Made by a program: the position numbers and the translations under genes. Shown here in pieces: positions 1-12,832 of a DNA stretch of 64,000 nt. The notes under the pieces were generated by a model. It was not told the DNA's origin and did no database searches. It worked only from the letters and a program-made list of their open reading frames with translations. Source of the stretch: Monocercomonoides exilis PA203 (Eukaryota > Protista > Preaxostyla); the NCBI GenBank assembly GCA_001643675.2, contig LSRY02000007.1:434001-498000 (forward strand), given 5' to 3'. How positions within the stretch are numbered: position 1 is the first letter of the stretch; each line of letters starts with the position of its first letter.

Positions 1-3000
1 GGCACTTGACTCATCCACAGCACAAACACAAACATAAGCTCCATCTCCATTCTCTTTTGTGATTCCCTCAAAAACACACTCAACACAATTCACAGCAAAA
101 CTGCTCCCCTTCCCTTCAATGAACGAATGTGATGAAAACACCATTTCTCCTTTTGTCTCAAACATTTCCATCTTCAACTCCCCTCCAACCACACTCGCAA
201 AGCAGAATCCAATCACACTCCCTGACTCAGATATTGAATTCATTGATGAACAGTTCGAAAGAGTGAGAGAGGAAGTTGAAGTGGAGAGTGTGATGAAAGA
301 GTGGGCATCTGAGAGAGAAGAAGGAAGGGAGAAGCAGACGTTGTATATTGAGCACTCTGTGGAAACACTCACCAGCCATTGGTTGGAGAGCTCTGTTTGT
401 GGTGCATGCACATCAACAACCATTCCCTTTTCCTCACATGAGATGTTCCAAACTGGTCCATCCATAATCATCTCCTCGTCCAGCTCATATCCCTCTCCAA
501 CAACAATCTGCCTTTGTGATGAACCAAATCTGAGCTGAGCTGCATGAATTATTGTCTGACATGGGAAATTGCCGAATCCACAAAAATTCGAATCAAAAAC
601 CCAGTTTCCTTCAGTTCCTCCAACATGGGCTGGTGATTGGAATGACTCCAAAAATACATTCAATGGAAACATTCCCATCTCACTCAGACTTCTATCAAAA
701 CCCATCAACTCTTCATATCCCAGCTCATTCAGTGAAACACAAATCTTCTCCAAATTGATTGTCTCACCATTCATGTTGCTCCCATTCACAAAGATATCTC
801 TCCCTCCCTCTCCTGCCTCACAACCCACAAAACTCACTGATGAAATCACAAAGTCTGCTGCCCTATCCCCCAGCCAAAGATACAATCCTCCTCCACACTT
901 GCTGCATGAACACGAGTTGAGTGTGGTTGGAAACGAGGAAGATCCCATTCTGAAGGTGCATGTGGATGATGTCATGTCAATCCTGATCCCTCCTCCACTC
1001 CCACTCGAACACTCACAGTTCTCGATTGTCGTGTTCCACAGACAAAATGACTCTCCCTCACTGATTGTCTTTGGCATCACTGCTCCATCCCCTTCTGTTT
1101 TTGTCACATGTGAAAAGTTGGAATTTGCAACAAAGGATTCATCACTGTTTGGAAGAGAAGAAGATGAAGACAACAACAACGAGGCAGAAGAAGTTTCTTG
1201 AAAGAGACTGGCCTTGGACAATACATTCTCGACAATGCAGTCAGTCATTCGAAAGTTGGCAAAATTCACCTCAAACAAACTGTTCAAATATTCTTTTGAG
1301 GGGAGGCCTTCCTGATTCAATGGTGTGCTGATGACAAGCTCTTGAAGAAATAACTGAGAATTTGAGGAGCTCAGTCGGAACAGTCTTGAACTTTCATGTG
1401 AGTCAAACACAATGCTCAAAGATGATAGTTTGCATATCCCATCATCCACACTCAGAAACACTTTGTCTGCTCCAACACGAACTGGACTCAGTTGAGTCAG
1501 ATCCTTTCCTCTTCCTTGAATAGAAATTCTCTTCCCAAACACAACATATCCATTTGATTCGACCATTTCATAAGTTCCCTCTATAAGCATGATTCTGCAT
1601 CTGCTCTTTGTTAATTCATTTTCAAGTGTGAATTTCAATGAGCTGCAGCCATCCTCAGCTGTCAGCCCACAGAGCGCATTGTTGTTTCCTCCATCTGGAA
1701 TGACATATCTCACAAGAAATCCATTTGGCAGCCAACCATCTTTAGTTCCTTGTGAGGAGCTCACACATCTGCTCTCTCCAGCTGTTAAGGAATAACATTC
1801 AACAAATGGACTTTCTTTTATCTTTTCATCAAGATCGTTCAAATAAACATCTGATGCCTGCGAGGCAGAATTATTGAAAAAGAAGCAATAGAAACAAAAC
1901 TTTGAATTCATTTCAAGTGGGCTGACATATATAAAAATACCTCCTCCATGTGAAGTATTCGCAGAACAATTCTGAAAGACACATTCGCTCATGATGAAGA
2001 ATGATTGAATAAACTTTTCAACACAAAGGCCACCTCCATAGTCACTTTCGGCCGTTTCATTTGCGCAAGTGATATTGAACAAAAGAATTGGCGATCCATT
2101 TTCGAGAGTATTCAAATTACAATCCGTTAATATGGAAGTGCCGGTGTAACCAAAATATATTGCACCTCCGTACCACGTGGTATATCCATTCTTTGCGATT
2201 GTGTGAGCAATGTCGTAGCACTGAGATTTATCAACAAAGATTGCTCCTCCATGAGAACCTATTTCATTATTATTTCTTTTTCCAAAGCAATTATCAAAAG
2301 AGCAATTTGCAATTCGTGAACTGAGCGAATCAACAACGCAAATTCCTCCTCCCCATCTGCTGCAGGAACAATTCTGAACTCAAATAGAAAAATTTTTTAG
2401 AGAAAAAACAAACAATTTAAACAAAACTTCAAAAATGAATCAAACCATGAATATGCAGCTCTGAACACTCAGCGTTGATGAAGGGCCATTGAATAAAATG
2501 GCTCCTCCACTTGTGTGAAATCCAATATCTGTTGCCGAATAATCAGTCACATGCTGATTGGCAAATTCGGTGTTTTCAAAGCTCCAATCCTCTTTGAGTT
2601 CCACTCTTGAACTTGAATTCATGGTTCTGGCACAATGCATCACACTTGTGTTGAAAACATTTAATGCATGATTGTTATTTCCTATTCCTCCATAAAACAC
2701 ATTTTCAACACCAAGAAATTCACATCCAGAAATGATGAATGCTCCATTTCCTTTTTGAAGCTCTGATGTTTCTGAACAAAATTGATCCTTCTTTTGAGTG
2801 GAAGAAATGTTCGAGAAGACACATTTGGCAATGTTCAAAGAAGATGAAGATGAGGACTCAATAATTGGAGCCTTTTCAAACACCAAATCAGAAAATGTTG
2901 AGGATGACAACATGATTGTTTCAAAATCATCCCCAATCCATTTCTTTTTCGCTGAATGCTCAGAGACCAATAATTGTGGAATATGATTACTTTGGTGCTT

Positions 3001-3432
3001 TGTGTTCAATGACATGTTGTTGAAGAGTGCTCTTCCATGAGCAATTTTGAACAGACCACTTGCTTTCTCATTGTTGCACAATATCTCACTCCCAAGAACA
3101 ATCACATTGGATAAAGTTCCATCAACAACATTTGTTCCTCCTCTTGTTTGGAACTGCAACTTTGAGAACGTTATGGATGTGTTCATCAATGAAAATGAAG
3201 TTTTCAAACAAGAAAACTCCAATATTCCTTCTTCTCGAAAATGAGTGAATCGATCTTCACTGAAGCCATTTTGTGAGTAATTCGATTTTGGATAGATTAA
3301 TGAATGTTCTTCGTTTTTGGATAATCCGAAAAAAGATGATTCTTTATTTGTATTTTTCAAAGAATTGTCTTCAAACGCATTGATATTCAAGTGAAAACTC
3401 AGAACTGAAACAAGATAAATGATAAATATCAT
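1..3432 (-). CDS. Giant Cys/Gly-rich receptor-like surface protein, copy 1 (5' part; gene runs off the left edge)
   Basis: Exon 1 is 3432-2446 (329 codons, signal-peptide-like MIFIIYLVSVLSF). A 72-nt GT..CAG intron spans 2445-2374. Exon 2 resumes at 2373 with NCSCSRWGGGICV. Collinear with the complete copy at 41366-50662 (offset ~47.2 kb). Confidence 0.85.
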
Positions 3433-4620
3433 TCAGGAAGGAATTTTATTTTCTCTATTCTTTTTTCCATAAATATGGGTGCCAATGATCTTCACGATAT
3501 TGAAAATGGTTTGTTCAATGATTGACAATTGATGTTTTCGACACATTTTCCACTTATAGACAACAACAAAAAATGTTGACTTTGAAATATTGATTCGAAT
3601 ATTATTTCGATTCAGTTAAAAACGAATTTCATTAGAATTATTTGTTTTGATTTCTGTTTCAATGATTTCAAGCATGAATCAAAATGTCTTTTCTCAAGTG
3701 TTTATTTGCGCGCTTCCTTTCAATGATATTCAAATCTCTTTGATCTTGTTGAGTTATTCATTATTCCAAATACTTCTATTATAATTGCCAAGAAATACAA
3801 AAAGCAAATATTTCACATGTTATTCAGTTTGGATTCCAAAATTTTATGATCCACTTCAAACATTTGTGCGATAAACTTAACAATGCTGATTAAATGAATG
3901 AAATCTTTGAAAGAAAAGAAGATGAAAAATGAAAACGATATCTTTCAAATCGATGAGGAAATAATTATCGCAATTTTTCTGGTAATAATCGAATAATTCC
4001 TTTGATAATTCATTTGTCATTTTTTTTTCGTTCAATTGTTAGGGATAAAATGATATTTTTAACTTTTTTGAAGCGGAATTAGAAGAGGACAATTGCTAAA
4101 GCTGAATGTGATGAGGTTTGGATAGTTTTGAGTTTGCACTCCCAAATAGTGATATTAGTGTGTGAATGGTTGAATGGTGATTGAATATTGATTTTTTGGT
4201 TTGCAATTTTTGAATATCTGAAGACTTATGGTCTTTGTGAATATTTTTCTGAATGGATCAAAGGAAGAGATGTACTAAAAGAATAAAATTATAAATCTTT
4301 GCGACTTCAACAAAGCAGAGAAGGAAGACTGATGATTTTTGATTGCTTTGCAGAATGCAAACATCAAACAATGGTTGGATCTGTGAAATTTTTTTGAGGA
4401 AGCATTTCCAATTTTGAGCAAAGCCCATTTAAATTAATAATTTTCCATTGAGATCCTTTTTTTCAAAAAGTCAGAAATCAACGCATTTGAAAGTGGGAAA
4501 TCTGTTGAACTTAATGGCTGGAGAATGTTACACAAAGCAGTTGAAAAAGGAAGTGATTAATGAGAGTGTTTGATGATCAAAGTTATATAAAACAAAAATA
4601 ATCATTCTCTATCGAGTGAA
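1..4620. repeat. Direct segmental duplication, paralogous to ~47229-51850 (gene 5' part plus ~1.2 kb upstream)
   Basis: Position 1 ggcacttgactcatcc aligns to 47229 gcacttgtctcatcag. Alternative-frame ORFs are shared (59-538 vs 47286-47609; 1589-1795 vs 48819-49025). Upstream blocks such as gatgaggtttggatagttttgagtttgcactcccaaatag occur in both copies. Confidence 0.9.
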
Positions 4621-5684
4621 ACATTGCAAAGATTAAAACATAAAATTTTCTGGTTGTGATTGGTTTTTTGCTTATTTTTGTCGGAAATTATATATTCTGT
4701 ACCTTGAAAGACAGAGTGAATATTCAGATCTGACGAAGAAGAAAAGCAGAAAGGAATGAGAAAGAGGTTTGATGAAAATCAGGTATGATGAAGATTCCTT
4801 GCATTGAAATTTGAAGAAGAATAGCTTTTGGAGGAAAGATGATTTGAGAGAATGAAGGGAAGTGAAAGAAGAAGAGATGGAATGAAAAAGGTATTGGAGC
4901 ATATTTCTTATTTTTCGTTGATGAAAGAGGATGATTGAGCTAACCTCGTGATGGATAAGGAGAAATTGTTTGCAAGAAAAAGAAACAAAAATGGAAAGCT
5001 AGAATTTCATGAATTTATCAGTTGATAATAATTGACACACATTTTCACAATCTTAAACAATTAATCATCTCATTCAATTCATTCATCATTATTACCATCT
5101 TCTTCTTCTTCTTTATTCAAATATATCAATAACATTTCACACAGCTTCTTCTTCCGCTTCTTCATTCACTTCACCTGAGAAAATTTCTTCACATTCTGCG
5201 TTGGCATCAGAGATAAAGATTAAAATGAAGAAACGAAGAAATTGATCGCTAGGAAATGTTCAAAAATTAATGAGAAGAAGAAGAATAAAAGAAGAGGCGA
5301 AAGAGAAAGAGAATGAGAATAAAGAGCGTGCTTTGAGAGGAGAATTGGAAAGGAAATGGAATTGAGAAGATGGAAGAGGGTTTTTGAATGAAAAGAAGAA
5401 GATGTTTGGATTTGAATTTTAAGTTGGAAGTTGAATTGGAAAAGAGAAAAAAGAGAGATCAAAACAAAGAAAAGTGTTTGGAAAGAAGAGGATTAATTTG
5501 AATAAAGAAATAACAAACAAGGCAAGATAATGAAATGCAGAAGAAATCAAAAATACTAAATTTGAGAGAAAATGGAAAATGAAGAAAAAAGCTTAAAAAA
5601 GAAAGAAAGAAAATAGAAGAGGGAAAGAAATTTTGTTGGGGAAAAAGGAGAGAAAAGGAAGAGTCAGCCCTCACACTCAGCGTC

Positions 5685-6300
5685 TTAAACTGTTCCTTCA
5701 TTCCAGACTATTTTTGTTGGAATTGTTGAGCAGCATTGCTGAAAAGGTGATTGAATGATGTTGATGTCATTGAAGAACACATCATTCATTCTGCCAGTTG
5801 TGATGGAATTGCCACAAAAGACGGAAAAAGCGATGAATTCGAGCCCGTTCATCCAGAGAAATGACGCTTCAGAAAAAATTTCGACTCCTCCGTGTGTTGA
5901 TGAAGTTGTCAATTAATTGTTTAATAATTGATAGTCCCTGACTGATAATTGATTTGGTTTCTCACTTGGTGGATCGCCAAGTGTGAAAGAACAAGCAGAC
6001 TTTCCACCAGAATTTGTTATATGATTGCAGTTGGAAAACAGGAATTGTGCATTTTCTGGCGTGCTACCAATCCAAAAATACCATCCAGTTACGCTCCAAC
6101 TTGTCATCAACAGACATCATCAAAGCTTTCAAAAAAAGTTCAGATTGAATTTGATTAATTGCAATTTACATAAGTTGCTCCTGCCTGACCAGATGAACAG
6201 TTCGTGAAATTGGATTTTGTGATGATTATTTTCAGTCAATTTCCAAAGCACAACATTCCACTGTAATCGCTGTTTGAACAATTGAAAATTCATTTGCAAA
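5685..6300 (-). pseudogene. Fragment of a Cys/Gly beta-repeat surface-protein family gene
   Basis: Broken ORFs encode HGGVEIFS..FCGNSITTGRMNDVFFNDINIIQSPFQQCCSTIPT. This is homologous to 59466-59834 (FDGNTATNGRGNNVFFNANAITQSPFQQCGSTIPT). Frameshifts and stops separate the pieces. Confidence 0.6.
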
Positions 6301-6860
6301 TAATAATTCTATGCAGATAAATTGAACCACTCGATAAATCTTATCTCCATCAGTGGGAAATAAAAATCTCAAAATTATTTTCCTTGTTTTTCCTTCTTTC
6401 TTCGAGTATTATTTGTCTTTCTTTTTGCACAATAATGCTATTTTCAAAAGAATTCAGTTTACTCATATATTTTGAAAAGAAAGAAAGAATTCAAAGCCTC
6501 CAACCAAAAATCTATTCAGAAAGAAAGAATTGCGGTTTTTAATCTCATTTTTATATTAAAGAAAATTTTTCTTTTAAAAAATCCATAAAAGGAGTAATTG
6601 CAATTTCCCTTCTGTATGAACAGTAGAATTTGATTTCAAATAACAATCAAAAAAATATTTCAAAAAATATTGTTCAAAATGAATGACATTTCTTTGAGCT
6701 ATTCAAACCAATTCATCTTTCAATGGTAAAAAAATAAAATAACACTTTTCAAACAATAAATACAACGAACAAATCCAATTTGAGTGCGTTCATATTCTCA
6801 TCGTATTCATTTGCACAATTTTCAATATCAATTCCCAATAACATATTCAGTCAACTGATT

Positions 6861-9800
6861 CTATGTCAGAAAAGGAGAAAATGCACCAAATGATGATACA
6901 GTAACTCCAAATCCTTGTGTTGCGAATGCTTGTGCATATCCGCAAGAGCTCTGTCCGAATGGCTTTGTCACATCGGAGGGTCTGGCGAAAACGACAGGAG
7001 TGCTGTAAATGTTACGAGTGTGAAATGCACCAAACATATTTCCACCAGCTTTTTCAAGTTTTGGAGTTGTCCTTGACTGCAACAAATACAAAGGCAGAGT
7101 CTGACGCAACATTATGGCCTCAACCAGATCGCGCAATCCTGACTCCTCAATGATGTCATCCAGAATACCGAGAAGATGCGTTCCAGTGTCGTCTTCCTTC
7201 TCAATCTCTGGAATTTCTTCATCCATATTGACAGAAGGGTGGCATTGCGTCTGCGAGTATCCAAAATTACCATATGTGCATAATTCTGGCGGAAGGCAAA
7301 TAATATTGTCCAAATCCGAGATATTTTCCCATATGGGCATTTGCGGGGCTCTCCACGGTTGGTCCTTATGTTCTTTTAAGAACGCATTCCTTTCAGCAAG
7401 CGCTTCGTTGAACGGGCCGACAATTTCGAGACGGTTCGTGCGAGAAGAAAGTGTAAAGGCAGTGCATTTTTCGCGAAGCATTTTGACTGTCAGAAGAAAC
7501 GGTTTGTTCGATTCCATATTCCTCGACAACATCCTTTCAAGCAGCTGTGAGACGTACCCGATCTCAAAGATATACGGCAGCTCCTTCGTAACAGAAGTCA
7601 AAATTGCAGTCACCAGAAATTCGATAACAACTTGAGCAGATTCAAGCGATCGAGGGAGTAAAAGGCTGCTTTGAATGAACTCAATCGATATGGGGGCAGC
7701 AAGCGGAAATGGAGTTTTGATTCTCTCCATTAAACTGTGGAAAAACGGATCCAGAACTATTTTGTCTGCCAAGAATGGATAGTTTGTCACAATGCGGAAC
7801 AAGCACATTGCGACGTAATTGAGGCGCTGCGACGATTGAGAAATGTGATATTTGAAAGGCATCATGCTGAAATTATACTTTTGAACGAAGGAAGAAACTA
7901 TGTTAACTCCTGATGTTGATGAATCCATTAATACGCTAAAATCTTCATAACTAGCCGTCCTGTCGTATGAAAATCTTGCAAGCTCAAGCTCAATCCAGCT
8001 GGTATAATCGGATAAGCGGGGAAATGGTGAAAAAAGAAGACGTTTTTTCTTTCTTGAATCGTTGTTAGGAATGACTGGGTTTGCATATTTGCAGTATTCC
8101 TTCTCCTCTTTTCCCATGTCACTTTTCACAGCATCCTTCATTTCCTGTTCGACGTTGTCTAACTCTGTCAGCAGCTCGTCTTTGAGCATCGAAATCAAAG
8201 AGTTCGATAAACTTTGTGAAAACTTCGACAGAACACAAAGGCAAATCCAGGCGTGATGCTCGAATGCTCGATGCGGAAACCTGAAAAAATAATTATATGA
8301 AAGAAAGAACAATCATGCATAAATCAAAAGAGATTTGTTTTTGTCAATATTTATTTTATTTTTAATTTGATCATTCAGTTAAGAATACATGCAAAATACG
8401 TTTTAAAACAAGATATATAAGATAATAAGCGGGGAAGAACAAATAAATAATTGGGATATAAATGCCAACAAATCATATCCACAATTAAAATAATTTATTA
8501 AAAAAAGAAAAAGAAAAAGAAGTGCAAACTTTATTAAGCGTTTCAATGCAGGGGCAGCTTTCAAAACAATCGATTCATCAAAGGTAGTTTGAAAATTGTA
8601 AACTGTGCATGTGGCCATACAACATATTTATCATCAAGCACAATCAAAAAGGCAATAAAGCAAATTTCCATTCGCAGCATTTCATAATGACGGATAACGT
8701 TGCAATCAAGAAAGCCAATTACAAAAATTTCAGGGAAAAAAAAGGATATCAGGAAGAGGTGAAAATAGAATTTCAAAAAGCAATTTAGAAAAATAAATAT
8801 TATTTTGATTAAAAGAATTAATACTGAACTTGAAATAAGAAATTATGCAAACAGTTCCTTGCAAAAGTGTTCATTATTTCAACCAAGACATTTCTGATAC
8901 GTTGATATTTAGGCTGATAATCGCAATCTGTATATTTAACTTTTTCGAATTTAATATGTTGTTCATCGTCATTTTCGTCTGCTTCAACGTTTTCATCTTT
9001 TTCTTCATTTTCTCCTTTTCTCTTCTTTTCTGCGTTTAAATCCTCTTGCTTCATTCTTTCGTATTCTTCTTCTTCTCCTTCTTTCAACTCCAAACTTGCA
9101 AAAAGCACATTCAGCAAAGTTTCAATTTGGCAGGTTATATTCGCATTAAATCCGAAATCTTGGAGTGCAAACAACGCATCCAATCGCACAGAAATAGGGA
9201 AAATATCTAAATTTTGCATAGCAAAACCTGTTGTTGATAAATTGACTGTAGATGAAGAAGAAATTGGTGCAGATTCTGATGATGCTGTGTCTGTAGAAGC
9301 TTGTTCGGACTGTTTATTTTCTCTGCTTTTATCTTCCTTTTTTCTCGGTTGTTTTCTCTTTGTATTGCTCTCTTGTTTTTCAGACTGCTTCTTTTCTGCT
9401 TTTCCACTTCGAGTTTTAGTGTTTTTAGTTGCTTCTTCCGACTTTTTGGATCCCTTTTTCGACTTTTTTGTTTTTGGCTTTGCCTTTTTGTTGCCTTCTT
9501 CTTCATCTTCGATTTCTTCCTCTTCGTCGTATTCTTCTTCCTCTTCTGCTTCTGCTTTAACAATTTTTAAATCAGCATAACCGTAATATCTAAAATTCTT
9601 TTGCTTCTGCTCCTTTGCAATTCCTCTCTTCTTATTTCCCATGACGATCTCCATCAGAACAACCTGAAATCCATAGTTGAGCATATCACTATAGAAGTCA
9701 TAAGTTGTGTTGCCAGACTCCGACTGGATAGCGAAGCGCATCAAACGCAGCGCATTAATTGCATCAGAAAGTCCATCTGCATTCTGACATCGAATGAGGA

Positions 9801-10747
9801 TGTCATCCAATCCATCAAAAATATGCTGGCCAACCAGTTGAATTGCCTCACTGGCATCGTTCATTCTCACAATGTTCAGAAGGAGCTTTGACAAAACAGA
9901 AAGCGTCTCATCGTTTTCTGAAGAATGAATGCGTTCAACTATGGCAGGAATCAAGCTGCATTGGCTGACAATTTGCTTGAGCAATGGAGATGTTAGAAAA
10001 TCAGATTTAGCAACAGTTTTGGTAAATGTACTTTTTCCTCCGTTAAGCCATTTTTGATATCTCTTAGCTTTTTGCTCTATATCTACATCTTTGAGCTTGC
10101 AGAATTCTTTGGAATAAGACAAAGGATTTGTCAATGTTTCCAGCACCATTCCATAAGTTCTAATAATTTCATCATCTCCAACCTTAAAGACATTGGATCC
10201 GTAGTCTAATAAATTGGTCAAAATATCGGAAGGAACCCTCTCCATTTTACCAATTAACTTCTTCAATAGCTCAACAGCTTCTTTCGAATGCGCTAAAAGA
10301 TCATCCTGTTTAGGAGAACGCGAACTTTCAACAATGAAGAAATGCAATTCTCTCATAATAACAAAAAGTAATAATAATAATAGATTACATACTGTAGTTT
10401 TGAGCAAATCTCGCTTAATCTTTCAGTGACTTTTTAAAGCATTAGAAAGAGGATGAATTTGAAACGTTCTTAAAGAATCACAACAAATCATCAAACACTC
10501 ATTTTTTTCTGGTTCAATTTCTCGATCCTACATATGTGCAAAATGTTATGTGCAATGCAAAATTTATAAAATTGTAACAAAAATTATATTTCGAAGATTT
10601 CAATTATTTAAAAAAAATGTGAATTATCAAAGCGCAACATAAATAAAGTAAAATGAACAAAGATGTTTCTTTTAAATATCAAATAAAGCAAACTTGACAT
10701 ATGGTAGCTCCTGTTACCAAACCCTGCCTTCTTGTTCGTCTTGTCAT
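6861..10747 (-). CDS. Multi-exon hypothetical protein, probably alpha-helical (ARM/HEAT-like) with a Lys/Glu-rich insert
   Basis: Large exons match ORFs 8818-10407 and 6861-8312. A small exon FQTTFDESIVLKAAPALKRLIK splices to FPHRAF at the 8281 acceptor. Short 5' exons start at ATG 10747 (MTRRTRRQGLVTGATICQ|DREIEPEKNE..). The fold call is inference from Leu-rich amphipathic periodicity; one internal junction is unresolved. Confidence 0.6.
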
Positions 10748-11274
10748 AAGTTCAAAAAATATTCATTACGTATCGATCAATTGATCATTATCACTTCTAT
10801 CATAAAAAACAATATTCCATGAACAACATGCTCTTTTTGTGAACTGAATTCGATGCAATATAGAATTTTTCATAAAAAAATGAAACTTTTTTTTTTTTTT
10901 TGATAATTTTAAAAATAAAAAGGAAGTGACCAATGAAAAACTGGAACTCTATCGTTAATGGAATTAAATGAATAGGATCTTATTTTTGAAACAAAAGTAA
11001 TTTCATGTTTCGCATTCCTATTTTTTGCAATGGTATCAATTTCATTTTTCAATTTCTTGTTCATTACAAAATGTTGTTTGTGTCAATAATGGTTTTAACT
11101 TTCAATAGCTTTGTTCTGTGGTATTTACTCAACAGCTATCGATAGTTATTTTTCAAATTTTTTCTCTGTTTCTCCCTCAATGAATTTAATGTTCTGTGGA
11201 ATGCAGCAATGAATCTTCCTGTTCCGCAGAAATTTTCAAATAATATTCTCTATTTTCGGAGAAACACGGAGATA

Positions 11275-12832
11275 GGCAAGATGCTTCTTTAGGGGTACCT
11301 ATTTATTTTATCATATATTTTGTTTTGAAATATTTAACTTTGATATTGTCAAAACACCTGAAATAAAGTTAACAAAAATGTGAATGATCATGCTGTTGTT
11401 TTTAATGAATTTTTGCATATGAAATGAACCATTAAATGGAAAAGTGATCAAAAAAGGTCAATTTCGGAAATTTCACTGTTTAATCTTCTTTCCATTCTGA
11501 AGCCGATCCACCATCTCCAACTTCATATTGAGATGTTTCTGAAGAAGACGAAGTTGAATCATCGTCAACATTAATATTCGGCAAAATATCATCTATGTCT
11601 GGAACATCATCTACACTTTTAATATACTTTTTTTTTCTTCTTTTTTATTATTAATTAGCAGATTATCTCATATTTCTATTACCATTTCATCAGTTTCATC
11701 AGTATCATCATGCTGAATTTTCAATTTCATTTCATTTCTGCTTTTTTTTCGAAATTACATCAGATCGAGATATATCCAATATGAACTGTTCAAAATTGTT
11801 ATCCTTTCTATTGTTAATCTAAATTCGAGATAAATAATCAGGTAAAAAATTTTTATTTTTACCCCATGAGAAGGAAAAAATGGCCTCAAATGGCTCCAAA
11901 AACCTTCAATTTTGTTTGTACAAGCTTTAGAATCTGGATCGACATAATTACGCTTGTGACAAACAGTTTTGTGAATGTGACCGATTTCTTCAAGGAAATT
12001 GCATGCCTTCCACTCATCACTATGAATTTCTGTTCCTTTTAAAATATATTTTTCAATAATTGGAATCAATGTTCTTTTGCTTCTGTTTGGAACAATTTGA
12101 ATTAGATTTTTTGCTTCCTCTTGATCGCTTCTTTTCTCAATGGCTCCAAAAATCCATATTTGTTTCTTCCTCCTCCCTCTTTTGTACTTCCTCCTCCTCC
12201 ATATTGCCTCATCAATTTGAACAATAACTCCTTCACCACCAAGTGAAATATTTTGATTGTTGATTCGTTCTGTTGCAACTGTTCTTATTACACTCCCCCA
12301 ATATCCTATTGAAGATTTCGAAACATCTGTGATCAGTTTGATTTGAGTAACTGATAAACCAATCCATAACATCAAAATAATAAGAAGAATTAGGTTCAAT
12401 TACAGATGAGATCCGAAAAAAACTGTGTTCTTTAATGCTGAACGTTTGATTGAGCACTTTATGCATTCGAAAAATTTGACATATGTTGATTTTTTACATA
12501 AGATCATATTTCGAGCGCATTTTGGACAAGTTGCATTTTGATTATTCATCACTTTCTCGTAGAACCATTTCCAGGTTGAATGAAAGTCTTAAAATATTCG
12601 AAACATTGATGAAATAGATTCATTTTTGCATTTATCTTGTTCGATCATGAAAAATGATGGATCACTATTGTATTATTTATTCATTTTTTATAAATTTTAT
12701 GTGATTTAAAAAACACTTTTTATAATATTATTATGAATACGAATTTATTCGTAAAACGAATGAAAAAGACTGGAATCTCAATAAAGCGTTATTCATAAAG
12801 ATAATTGTGTTCCCTTAAAGCAGCCCTTTGCC
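11275..12832 (-). mobile_element. Merlin (eukaryotic IS1595/IS1016-related) DNA transposon, 1558 bp
   Basis: 8-bp TSD cggagata at 11267-11274 and 12833-12840. Imperfect TIRs ggcaagatgcttctttaggggtac vs reverse complement ggcaaagggctgctttaagggaac (18/24 match). Contains an ISXO2-type transposase. Confidence 0.93.
11480..12648 (-). pseudogene. Decayed IS1595/ISXO2-like DDE transposase
   Basis: ATG at 12648. Zn-ribbon CPKC..CIKC and motifs VQIDE, RKYKRGR, WIFGAIE, IHSDEW, TVCH, TNKIEGFWS are present. In-frame TAA at 12591-12589 and 12402-12400. The acidic C-terminal tail (..DGGSASEWKED*) ends at 11480 and is cut off from the core by further lesions. Confidence 0.9.

Noticed and set aside
12400-12591. 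Two in-frame TAA codons in the transposase as a sign of TAR=Gln recoding (Streblomastix-type code)
   Set aside because: The transposase tail itself ends at TAA, host genes end in TAA or TAG, and each stop is one change from a plausible codon (GAA, TCA). Other lesions are also present.
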